DNA of 63,316 nucleotides, counting the filler, from Octopus bimaculoides (Eukaryota): assembly GCF_001194135.2 (NCBI RefSeq). It is 2 parts of 2 records of this genome, joined end to end, with 100 filler letters (N's around TTAATTAATTAA, not from the genome) between each part and the next. Parts side by side here need not be neighbours in the genome. Positions count along the whole stretch, not along the records: positions 31,548 to 63,316 come from NC_068988.1; 1 more part is not named here. One strand, 5' to 3'. A program made the position numbers and the translations under genes. Positions within the stretch are counted from its first letter, which is position 1. The number at the start of each line of letters is the position of its first letter. Below are positions 38,114 to 49,980 of the stretch, piece after piece. The notes below the pieces were generated by a model that made no database searches, was not told the origin of the DNA, and worked only from the letters and a program-made list of their open reading frames with translations.

Positions 38114-39718
38114 TTCTATCTCCTACTAATACGCGATCTCATCTCTAATAATCGTGACAAAAGAAATGTGAAAAGGAAGAGAACGAAACAAGCCTTCTGA
38201 TGAATTGGAGAGTATGTATGTTTAAATCCTGGAGAATCTTGACTAACCTCTAAATGGTCATTGCATTTATTAAAAATGGGGTTCAATTTTCCCTCAAACT
38301 ACACCCTTCCTTTTAAGAAGAAAGAAAGAATAGAGTGGATACATAAAGAAAGATCATGTCTCAGTAAGAAAGGAATTGTTGCTGTAGGGTTGGTGTTTTG
38401 GTGTAGAAATAAGAGAAGAGAGATCTAATGATTTAAACTGGTCTGTTCTCTCTGCACACAAGTATTGTATTTTGTCAACTTCTCTGAAATGAGTTCCCCA
38501 TCCTCACCCCCGACACAATCCACATTAGTTTCCTACATATTTAACCATGTTATAGTGAATACGTAGAGCGGTGAGTTGTGAAAGTAAGACATATATAGAT
38601 GTATTGTACATATATCTTACGTGGCTTTTCACTCCTGTTTACAATCGTTTCATTTCTTTTATGGTGCAAATATTCTTAGATGAAGCATAGAAATCACAAC
38701 CTTTTTTTTTCTATTTATTTTTGTTGAAGTCAATAGAGTTAATTATTCATTGATGAATACCTCTAATCCCCAAAGGTCAACCAACTGGATCTGTTAGGCA
38801 AACTTACGCTTCATAGATGAATATTGATTTTGCTTATATTTTGTCCAGACAAAAAACTCAAATGTTTATGGACGAAAAACGTTTATGCCATTCTCAACGA
38901 CAACGAACTAATTACAATCAAGAATTGAAGTGGTGTCACGCATCTTGTACGACTGAGTTTTGGTACTTTCTTTCCTCAGCTTTTTGTTATGGTATAGACG
39001 AATATTGATCTATTTCAGGTTCTTTATTATAGTCTCTTTCTCTCCCCACCTCTCTCGTTGAGTTACTCTCCTTGTGTCAAACACTTAAAGCTGTCTTTAC
39101 ACACACACACACACGCACGCACACACATTCATAAAGTGCATTCCAATTTTAGTTACATAATTGTATTTTTAAATTCCAGAAAATATCGTTTAAAACAATG
39201 TGTTCCTTTCGAGTTTCATATGACATTTGATGTTCCTCTTACATTGTCGTCTATACAACATGAAAACACTTATTTCCTCTCAGGTCAAAATTCACTGATT
39301 TGGTCAGTAAGAAGTGAACTGATACGGATTAAATGTCAATAAGCTACTCTTCACCTTAACCGCCCAACTATTTTCTGAATTCTAGAGTGTAGTATCAACA
39401 ACAATAAAATAAATGGCCATGTATATCATACATTGCTATAATCTAAATATTGTCTGAGTGATTGAAAACTCAAACATTAAATGATAAAACAAACACTCAA
39501 AAAAGCAAAAAAAGCAAAAAGAACGACGAACAAGGTACATGTTCTGCTCAACAATCTCTTTTACTATATCAACAAATTGATTTTACTATAAAAAGTGACA
39601 GAAATAAAACCAATAAAGCGTGCTTGCATTTGAGTGTGTGTTGTGGGGCTGACTGTATGAGACAGTGTGCTTGTGTGTGAATGTGTACGCACGTGTGTAT
39701 GTTGTGTGTGTGTGTATG

Positions 39719-39763
<45 letters not shown>

Positions 39764-40778
39764 TGTTTGTGTTTGTGTGTGTGTGTGTGTGCGTGCGCGC
39801 GCACGTGCCTATGTGTGTGTCCATTTCTTGGATGAAGCTTGAAAGTGCTGATTGAATCTAACAATAAAATCTGAAAACTCGTTGAAAGGCGTTACAGTTT
39901 TATTGTGTTTTACGATACAATATAAGATTCTTTTAAAAATAGCGTCTACTCACCCTAAGTTCATGCCAGTGTTATACAGACAATTTCTAAGTGGCAAAAG
40001 TTTTAAAAAATTAAAGCATTAAATTTCCTTTATATCTTTTTATTTTCTCATTTGATTCTTTAATCTCATTAAATTTGTGCGTAGCTTATTGATTTGTCAT
40101 AAAACAATTATTTCAAGGGGTATCGATAAGACCAAGAAAAAATATTAAGCTACTGAATCTATTAAGTTAGAAATTTAGCGATCAAAACCCATCGAAGATA
40201 TTTCAGTATAAATTTTGTTGGTGCATTTATATCTATATTGTCAAGTTTACAAAATTATTTTAAGGGGTTCTATCATATAGGAATCTTACCTCAAATTGAC
40301 ACGTCCTGTGCACGTGTATGAAGACAGAGAAGGAAAGATAAGGAGGAAGAGGGGATGGGAGAGAGAGAGAGGGAGGGAGAAATAAAGGCAAAGAAAGAGA
40401 TATAGATTACTCGCTTTTCTACTTTATTCCATGAAACTAGAATTAAATATTGGCCACGATTTACCTCTTACGAGTTCATCCCGTTCGAAAACATTATTTA
40501 TTCACGTATAATTACGAACTGTTTCTTATTCCATCAATAAGCCAATTTTTGAGATAAATGACTTTATGTTTCTTTGGCCAGGGATTAAAATCGTGATTTC
40601 CGGCCAAAGAAGAATTAATCAAGTTCTAAATGGATTTCAACAAACTTGTCTTATAAGAACTATAGCATGAAAGGATGTGAAGGGTAGTGGAGTGACAGAA
40701 TCAACAGATATTCCAAATGAAGTTAAGAAATTTGTTAATATGTACACAAATACATATGCACAATATTTTTATTACATG

Positions 40779-42064
40779 CGAGGGTAGGCTGGCTATAAAG
40801 GAAGGATGCTGACTATAAAGGCTGACTATAAAGGAATGATGCTAGAATTCTGGAATCTTGCATGCATTAATTTCAGCTCTTCAACTGCATTGTTTTTCTT
40901 CTTTCCAGGTAAACTGTCATCTCACTATTTAAGGAAACTTCAAAAGTAACAAATAGCGACTTCTCTTGAAAGGGGATAAAATCTGGCATCTTGGTGTTAT
41001 CAAGTACCCGCAGAAAATGCGTTTATTCTCTAAGGACATTCATGCTGGCATAGTTGCTTCATTAGGGAGTGGCGCTCCAGCTTTATCAATAATGCAAAAG
41101 TGGGCAGCTAAATTTAGGAGAGGAAGGGAGAGTCTTGAAGATGACTCAAGGTTTGGACATCTTGTAACTGCCACCACCGACGAAAACAGTGATCGTGTTC
41201 ATCATGGTGATGGATGACAGGCGATTGATTATAAATCAAATAACCAATGCTAATAGCATATCCCGTGAGAGAGATAGGAATATTATACACGACGATGTTG
41301 GCATAACAAAGGATTTTGATCGGCGGATGTTACGTCTTGTGACACCTGATCTAAAGCGCACCAGGCTGATCACATCACAAGAAAATTTGACTTTGTTTCA
41401 GGCAGATCCATCAGGTTTCTTTAAATGTTTCCTAAGCTAGGTTGAGTGTTGGGTTCATCACTTGGAGCCAGAGAAAAAGAGGCAATCCATGCTGTGGAAA
41501 CTCCCCTTCTCACCTGCTCCAAAGAAAGCCAAGGTCGTTTCATCTGCAGGGAAAGTGATGGCCTCAGTTTTTTGCCATACAAATGGCATTGTGATTATTG
41601 ACTATCTTCAAAAGGGCTGCACCATCAACGGCGTTAGTATTATGTCAAATTGCTGAGGCAAGAACGAAAGGCTATCAAGACAAAACGCTCAGATAAACTG
41701 ACGAAAGGGGTCTTGATCATCCAGCGCATAAGTCCTTTGTTTCAATTGCTGCTGTACGTGAGTAGCTTTGAACTGGTTGATCAATCTCCCGTTCTCCTGA
41801 TTTGGCCCTATCTGACTATCCCATCATGATAAAACATTTATTTGGCTGGGAACCAGTATCGTAGTGATGAAGGCGTCATATTTAATGTTGATGACATTTT
41901 GACCAATAGAATGAAAGCTACTTCTCCAATGGGATCCAAGTACTAAAACATCGATGGAAGATGTGTGCGAACCGCAAGGGGGACTATGTTGAAAAATAAA
42001 CTTCATTTCATCACATTCCAAGAGAGTATCTTGCTCAGCCTATGAACTTTTCAGCCGATCCGCG
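40779..42064 (+). mobile_element. Mariner (DD34D-type) relic, family M1 copy 2, near full length
   Basis: Right TIR tcagcctatgaacttttcagccgatccgcg|TA. Motifs: QKWAAKFRRGRESLEDDSR, ECWVHHLEPEKKRQSMLWK, SAGKVMASVF, SPDLA.SDY. Frameshifted. Confidence 0.93.
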
Positions 42065-42424
42065 TATGACTATGCTGAACTTTATATCTCTTATTATTTT
42101 ATTTCTTTCTCTTCTTTTTTTTTTCTTTTTTCTACTTTTGTATTTCTTTATTTCACCTTAGAATTTTCTTAGAAGTCGTAAAGCTTCTTGGTCCATCGAT
42201 ATTTATGGGAGAAAATGGCTTTAATGGCTTTAGTCATTGGCGCTGTATAAGAAGGCAGCGGTCGTAACAAAGATGCAGTAATAACGATGTTCTGGACTTG
42301 GCTATTTTCTGCTGCTTACTCCTTGTTTCTTTCGAAAATCAGAAACAAATTCTTTGTATATTATTAATATGCGTGATCGGACGTTAATATTTTTTGTGTG
42401 TAATTTTGCTTCCAATATAACTAC

Positions 42425-42644
42425 CTTTTATCTTTTATCTTTTACTTGTTTCAGTCATTTGACTACGGCCACCTTCAAGGGGTTTTAGTCGTACAAGTTG
42501 GCGCCAGGGCTATTATTTTAAAGCCTAGTATTTATTCTATTGGTCTCTTTTGCCGAACCGTTAGGTTACGGGGATGTAAATACACCAACACCGGTTGTCA
42601 AACACACATGCGCGCGCGCACATATATATNNNNNNNNNNNNNNN

Positions 42645-42675
<31 letters not shown>

Positions 42676-42797
42676 TCCGTCTACCAAATCCAGTCACAAG
42701 GCTTCGGTCGACCTGAGGCTACAGTAGAAGACCATACCTTACAGTAGAAGACACTTACGCAGTGGAACTGAACCTGGAAACGTGTGGTTGGGAACTG
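42425..42797 (-). mobile_element. SINE family A copy with a gap in its central microsatellite
   Basis: Reverse complement of the family A tail, body and head. Confidence 0.85.
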
Positions 42798-43270
42798 AAA
42801 TTTTGCCTCCTATAAAGAGACAGCTCTATCTATGTAGAATAGTTGTATTATCAACTGATATCCTATAATGACTAGATGATTTTTTTAATGCTAGTGCTGT
42901 GTAATGTAATGATGTTGTAGTTGCGGTTGTCTGAAAGAAAATTTGAGTTAACGGCCAAACATTTCAAAGCCAAACTTTACAATAACAACATTGATGCACC
43001 ACAGCATTATTCACAAAAATTCCTATTAACTACAAAGCCTGGCCAAACAACATCTCTAAGAAAATAAGACCGGAAATTCTGGAGTAGTTGACACGTACAG
43101 TAACTTAACTATTCCAAACAAAATATGAAGTATAAGAAGGAACATATAAAATATCTATATTAAAAGAGATAAGAAGAGATACGTTCATTCACTAATGAAA
43201 CACACATACACTCAAACACAGAATCACACATACACTCACACACAGAAACACATACACTCGCACACACTCT

Positions 43271-43331
<61 letters not shown>

Positions 43332-44055
43332 ACTACACACATACACACACATTAACAAGCATGCACGCATGTACACACGCACGAACACACAAGCAAGCAG
43401 TACACTAAGTATACTGAAAACGGTTCGTGCGTGTAGCAGACACAAGAACAAGGAAGCTATTGAGAGAGGGGAAATAAAAAGATGACTAGAGACAGGAAGT
43501 GAGTGATTGAGAGAGAGAGAGACAGACAGAGACAGACAGAGACAGACAGACAGATGGAGACAGATACAGAGAGTGGATGAGGAAAGAGAGAGTGAGAAAC
43601 TAGAGTGAAGAGAGAGGAGATAGAAAAAGAGAGAGAAGCTATCAAGAAATAAGGTACAAAAATAGGGATAAAGAGGCTGAAGAGTGAGTGAAATGGGGCG
43701 AAGAGCATTTTATGTTGGATTTCAAACTGAAATAACAGTGAGAAATAAACAGGATGGGAGGAGAGGAAATGTTTTGTCGCTTTTATTATATTGTCTCGTT
43801 ATTTCATTCTCCCGTGTAGCACACACACGCGCGTACACACATACGCACGCACACACACACACGCACACGCACACACACACACACACACATACACACACAG
43901 ACTCACCCCCACGCTCGTATATCAAAAGGCTGTTTTGATGCCATTGTATTATATATATTCAAATAATATAGTCCTGCCACCGCCATGAGCATTTATGCAC
44001 GAACATATGATATACGAATCCTATTTATGCGTGTGCTTGTGTGCTTGCATGTGTA

Positions 44056-44086
<31 letters not shown>

Positions 44087-44147
44087 GGGGGGAGGGGGTA
44101 TACGCATATATGTGTGAGTATGTATATTACAGGAACATACATACGAG

Positions 44148-44180
<33 letters not shown>

Positions 44181-44321
44181 TTGTGTGTGTGCAAGCATTA
44201 GAAAGCTCAGTAATTGGGGGAGAGTAAGAATAAGTGTACACATATATATATATATACGTAAACATACACATACACAAGCACACACAACACACATACACAC
44301 ACACACACACATTATACATAC

Positions 44322-44364
<43 letters not shown>

Positions 44365-44504
44365 NNNNNNNNNNNNNNNNNNNNNNNNNNNNNNNNNNNN
44401 NNNNNNNNNNNNNNNNNNNNNNNNNNNNNNNNNNNNNNNNNNNNNNNNNNNNNNNNNNNNNNNNNNNNNNNNNNNNNNNNNNNNNNNNNNNNNNNNNNNN
44501 NNNT

Positions 44505-44571
<67 letters not shown>

Positions 44572-45002
44572 TATATATATATATATATAAAACGTGAATT
44601 AATAATAGGACGAGCATGAGTGCATAAAGTAATTGAGGCATGAAAACATATAGATTCCTTGTACTGATACGACAGAGATGGGTGTTTGTAAAGTAAAAGG
44701 AATATATAAATACCATAATGCAAGTACGTAGTTATAAACATGCATGTGAAATAAAATGGCGTTGTATACAAAACCCTGCCGTTTCATTCTACTACTGTTT
44801 TAAAATCTATTCTTACCTTTTGCTAAAGAAACTGATTATTGAAAATTACTGCTTCATTATGTGTCTCACCAATCTGTCTGTTCTTTGCGCAGTTCATAAG
44901 TCAATTTAATAGGTATAAGGCAATGAACGTAACTCATGATCCTTGAGTCATTTATGTAACTTCACTATCAAATGCATACATACATACCGACAGAAAGACA
45001 GT

Positions 45003-45128
45003 GAGAGAGAAAGGTGGAGAAAGAGAGAGAAAGGTCGAGAAAGAGAGAGAAAGGTCGAGAAAGAGAGAGAAAGGTGGAGAAAGAGAGTTAAAGGTGGAGA
45101 AAGAGAGAGAAAGGTGGAGAAAGAGAGA
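45003..45128. repeat. 20-bp minisatellite (gagagaaaggt(g/c)gagaaaga) x6
   Basis: aaaggt recurs every 20 bp. Confidence 0.9.
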
Positions 45129-45170
45129 GACAGAGACAGACAGATAGACAGACAATCAGACAGAGTGACT

Positions 45171-45223
<53 letters not shown>

Positions 45224-45759
45224 ANNNNNNNNNNGTGCTCCAGCCAACCACTTCGTGAAGGCCCCAAACAAGTCCTCCCAAGTGAAGATGTCCGGAACCT
45301 CTACACCGCCTTCTTAATCTTCAAAATGAGCCAAAAATCACGGGATGCAAGGTCTGGACTGTAGGAAGGGTGAGTGACAGTTTGATGCCCATCTCTGGCA
45401 AGTAGTTGGTTACCATGATGCTCGTCACAAGTTTGCAGAAATTTTGCACATGCTCAGACCTTCAGTAATAATTCTGTATAGATTTGTAATGCCATCTCCA
45501 AATTGTATGCTTATTGTCTTTATTGACACACGATGGTCTTCATCCAGAAAATTGCGAATTTTCTCAATCAGTTCCGATATTCTGACATTTTTCTTCCTCC
45601 TACTGCCCTCATCGTCTCTTACCTCCTCTCTACCGTCCTTGAACCTCTCATGCCACCGAAAAAGTTAATCCATTTACAGTCTGGAACATTTCATAAGTTT
45701 CTCTAGCGTTTTGTACCCACTTTAACACAAAACTTTATTGCATAACGAGTTTTCCAGAT

Positions 45760-45920
45760 ACATTATTTACATTATTTACAACTGACGGAGATTTGTCCTC
45801 ATCTTGTCTGTTGTTAATAAAGTTTCCAGCCTTCATTAGGTGTCTTGGGGAAATTTCGAACCTGGGTTCTCATTCCTATGGTATTTTTCGATGTTGCTGT
45901 TATTGTTATTATTATTATTA
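45760..45920 (-). mobile_element. Hammerhead-SINE 3' tail, left inverted copy, with the ribozyme core damaged
   Basis: The reverse complement aligns to 46468-46622. The core reads ctAatgaaggctgg-aaac (a point change plus a deletion across stem II). Confidence 0.88.
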
Positions 45921-46290
45921 TGTTGTTTTTTTCTTCTTTCTTCAAATTTTCTTCCATTTCTCGCCAAGTGTTTTCCGTACACCTAGGGCAGAGAAGCTCA
46001 TTGTATGCATTCCTAGTTTACATACGCAAATTCACAGGTAAAATATGTATGTAAAAATAATTAATAAATAAATTCATGAATGGATGTTGTTTTCACATCG
46101 ATAATGCTCTTCTCAGTACATGAGTCGTTCCAGTTAACACGATTTTTTGCACATCCTGTAGGGATGGTAGGCCTGGTATCATTTTCCAATAGGTTGGTAC
46201 GGTAGTCGCCTTGAGATGCATAAACGCATCTTTTTTCTCTGATCTTTTATAATAATATCCGGTTTATTAGCTTTTATAGTTTTGTCGGTA
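45921..46290 (-). mobile_element. R4/Dong-clade non-LTR retrotransposon 3' end (RLE domain plus 3' UTR), internally deleted
   Basis: Minus strand gives TDKTIKANKPDIIIKDQRKK (the PD of the PD..D/E.K RLE motif) and IPGLPSLQDVQKIVLTGTTHVLRRALSM*. The 3' UTR runs into (AAT)n. Confidence 0.8.
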
Positions 46291-46310
46291 AGCACTACGC
46301 CATATGTACA

Positions 46311-46383
46311 CGGGCATATGGCGTAGTGCTTAAGAGCGCGGGTTACTAACCCCAAGATTCCGAATTCGATTCCAGGCAGTGAT

Positions 46384-46457
<74 letters not shown>

Positions 46458-46653
46458 CAACAACAATAACATCGAAAAATACCTTAGGAATGAGAACCCA
46501 GGTTTGAAATTTCCCAAGACACCTGATGAAGGCTGGAGGGTATATCAGCCGAAACATTGTGCTAACAACACACAAGATGAGGACAAATATTCGTCAATTG
46601 TAAAATAATGTAAATAATGTACATAATTCCCTCATCTCTTAAATATAGAACTA
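46311..46653 (+). mobile_element. tRNA-headed SINE with (AAT)n middle and hammerhead-bearing tail
   Basis: A-box tggcgtagtgc (46319-46329), anticodon-like arm ggg-ttactaa-ccc, B-box aattcgattcc (46363-46373) and (AAT)n at 46387-46468. No TTTT terminator within the element. Confidence 0.85.
46518..46563 (+). ncRNA. Minimal type I hammerhead ribozyme motif
   Basis: CTGATGA (46523-29) + A + GGCTG/CAGCC stem II (46531-35/46546-50) + GAAA (46551-54) + C-A-T-T. Stem I is CAC/GTG followed by a mismatch and a G.U pair. Confidence 0.72.
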
Positions 46654-46664
46654 GAGTTTCCAGA

Positions 46665-46712
46665 TGTGTATGTATGTATGTATGTATGTATGTATGAATT
46701 TACGTATGTAGT

Positions 46713-46753
<41 letters not shown>

Positions 46754-46835
46754 GTATGTATGTATGCATGTGTGCATGCATGTATGTATGTATGTATGTA
46801 TGTATGTATGTATGTATGTATGTGCGTATGTATGT
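46665..46835. repeat. (TATG)n tract inside the mariner M3 N-terminus
   Basis: Direct reading. Confidence 0.95.
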
Positions 46836-48044
46836 ATTGAATTCCCTGCATCCATACGTCCTATGTTTTGTTCTGCCCGACTGAAGAAGTGTCCGAGAAC
46901 CCAGAGAGCACAACCACAGCTATGTCTGAAATTAAGAATTTCCCATATGTTTGGTTGGAATTTCTGTTGCATTGTAATTTCACTTTTTATTCTTTATTCA
47001 GTTTCTTTGCGATAGAAAAATAATATTGATAGAAATTTATTCTTTCTCATTTGGTAAATATAATTAAAATAATGTGTTTTGTTTCAATATTAAATTTAAT
47101 TTTGTTTCTTCTACAATATTTACACCCTTAACGTTTTTAGACGTGATTGCGTATCATCGGAACAAACTAATTAGGAGCACGTTAATTACATTACGCTTGG
47201 TAAAAACTGAAAAAGAAGAAAACCGAAAATTGATAGACATGGAAATATCTGACGGAAAGATATTTTCATAACAATTAAATGGGTCTTAGCTTATATAATT
47301 TCAACACACACACTCAACTTCATTTATTTCATCACTTAGTGTACTTTAGTACACTATGCATGTATAGAATAAGGGATCTAGTACTGGCTGTATCAGTGTT
47401 AAATTACTATTCATTAGTAATAGCGAGTCTTTATTTGGTAGCTATGACAATACTGGTCCCCCACAGAGACTCTTAAATGGAGCCAATATCAGTGCATGTC
47501 GAATAATTGAGTAGTCTCTTACAAGGTAACTGAATGACCAAAGCCATGCTGTCCAGTTTTCTATTAAATAATTTCGCTGTCGATACATAGCAGATATTTT
47601 GGCGTTAAGTGTACAGTATGTAGCCTTGGCGTTACTGTACATCGAATATCTTACAGATTTCTCTTTGCTATTTAAGATTGTCATAAGACTGTGCCAACTT
47701 TCTTAATTCGACCATTTTTCACGAGAATTGAAATCGAGAAACATTTTCCTTGCAATTATTTATCTTGCAATTACTTTCTTGATCTCTGACTACATTTACG
47801 CAGCACTTCGATCAATAACTATTATTCCCTTCTTAACTTTTTCGAGAAAAAATGTCTGATGTATGGCTTTAAAGCGAGATTATTGTTTATACTGTCATCG
47901 TTTGAATAAACTGTTCAGGATGAGGCCTGGACTCCCAGTCTAATCAAAAGTACCAATAAATTTCATTCTAATTATTGTATAAATGTGCTACTTTTCAGCA
48001 AGTTAATAAACAATACAGAATAATACACACAAACATACACACGG

Positions 48045-48097
<53 letters not shown>

Positions 48098-48639
48098 CAC
48101 ATATATACATACATATGTATATTGTATACATATACATACATATATACATACATATACACGCATGCATATGCACCTAGGCGCATGCACACATGCATGCATG
48201 ATCACATATACGTATCTAGTTATTTATAATTTATGCGTTTCCATGTTTCTGGTGCGTCTTGTACATGATTAGTATTGGCTATAATGTAGATTAAATGAAA
48301 TCGAATTATACAGTGTTCAGTCATCTTTAATCAGAACAATCTGTCCGCAAATAAATTTCAGCAGACATGACATTCTTGTGCGAAATAGAAGTTAATAAAT
48401 TCCATTTTATATCCAGAAACATTGCAATAACAATAAAATCGTGTTTGTATATCAATAAAAACGTATCCACAGAACATAGCACTCTTTCTAACAAATTGAT
48501 TTTAAAACGACAAAGCCATTATACTAATGTGTAATTGGTAAATTAGTCGTAGTTATATGAAGAATGACAGTTGCCTCGTAGATTTACAATACAGTATACA
48601 TACTCTACTTTACTGTTTTCTATGCAATAAACTGGAAAT

Positions 48640-49400
48640 TTATAAATTTTGAGTATCTTGGTAGAAGTGTGTAACTGTTGTAATGTATCAACCTGTACGT
48701 GGTGCTGTTTGCGACCCCGACTAATATTTTTGTTAAGAGTAAGTAACCTCAGGTTGTTGATTCTTTCATCTACCGCGGAAGCTCTGGAATGATGGAAAGC
48801 TGGACACAGAAATACATTTTCAAATTCAAAGGGCACCACAAACATTTGGTGGTTTGGAGTCACGCGGTTGGCGCCAACGACATAAATAACAACACAAAAT
48901 TGGCTCTTTACAAAGCGTTTGTCTTACCATCCCTGTTGTATTTTTTTGAAACATGGACGTGTTATGAAAGAACGATTCCACCAAAAATGTCTTCACCGCA
49001 TTTTAAATGGTTTCTTAATTTTTTTTACTCCAGACAAAGATGTCTTTGTGTCTGCAGGCATCACTTCAACTAAATCAATGATCAGTATTGGCCATATTGT
49101 TCGAATAGTGGATGAACACACACCGAAACAGCTGTTTTATGGTGAGCTTGCAATCTGTGTAAACCTAAAAAGAGGTTTAAGGACGGCATAAGGACTACTA
49201 TGAAGTCACTTGGAAAGGATCCAAAGGCCTTAGAAACCCTTGCTTCGGATCGAGCTGGATGGCGAAGAAAAGTGTGTGGTGGAATGAAAGCTTTTGAGGA
49301 GACCAGAATGGCACAGGAAAGACCCAGGAACGATTTAAAGAAGATTGTTGCGATCGAGAAGGTGAATTTCAGTGACCTTTTTTTGTGTGCAAAGTTTGTA
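48640..49400 (+). mobile_element. RTE-clade (BovB-like) LINE, RT C-terminal and 3' region
   Basis: Across frameshifts: LQVVDSFIYRGS, TKLALYKAFVLPSLLYFFETWTCY, RFHQKCLHRIL, GHIVRIVDEHTPKQLFYGEL, LETLASDRAGWRRKVCGGMKAFEETR. Confidence 0.92.
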
Positions 49401-49737
49401 ACAGACCGTGTCTTGCTTTTGCAGGGTTCAAATCTCATTTGCGAACCCATTAAAAATGAACCTTCACCAACTGCTCTGCCTAAATATCTGCTCACGCATT
49501 TCAATGCCGTGTATGCCATAATGTCTGCAAATCNNNNNNNNNNNNNNNNNNNNNNNNNNNNNNNNNNNNNNNNNNNNNNNNNNNNNNNNNNNNNNNNNNN
49601 NNNNNNNNNNNNNNNNNNNNNNNNNNNNNNNNNNNNNNNNNNNNNNNNNNNNNNNNNNNNNNNNNNNNNNNNNNNNNNNNNNNNNNNNNNNNNNNNNNNN
49701 NNNNNNNNNNNNNNNNNNNNNNNNNNNNNNNNNNNNN

Positions 49738-49777
<40 letters not shown>

Positions 49778-49940
49778 GTATACAAAGTAAAAGTAAACTG
49801 ATCATATCTATTATACATATTATACTCTGATCCTTCCCCCATTTATGGCAAACTGGAATATACTGATATCCTCAACTGGGAATATTCCCTCATTTTTACA
49901 TCTCTCTGATGACGATTTACTCAGTTTATGGAATCCTTAC

Positions 49941-49980
49941 TCGTTATAATGATCCACATGCTTGGCCGTTTTAGAAACAA
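49941..49980 (-). CDS. Candidate 40-nt exon
   Basis: Acceptor gtcttttacag and donor GA|gtaagg. Two frames are open (LFLKRPSMWIIIT or VSKTAKHVDHYN). No homology recognised. Confidence 0.15.

Larger units (their letters stand above)
45235..46990 (-). mobile_element. Mariner relic, family M3, internally deleted and interrupted by the 45760-46653 insertion and a (TATG)n expansion
   Basis: Minus strand gives MDAG (46850) ... LETRYAIKFCVK (spanning the TSD), FRWHERFKDGREEVRDDEGSRR, ELIEKIRNFLDEDHRVSI and HPSYSPDLASRDFWL. Confidence 0.85.

Noticed and set aside
46858-46925. Apparent minus-strand exon (HSCGCALWVLGHFFSRAEQNIG) with a strong acceptor
   Set aside because: It lies immediately upstream of the mariner M3 start (MDAG...) and is best explained as that transposon's 5' UTR.
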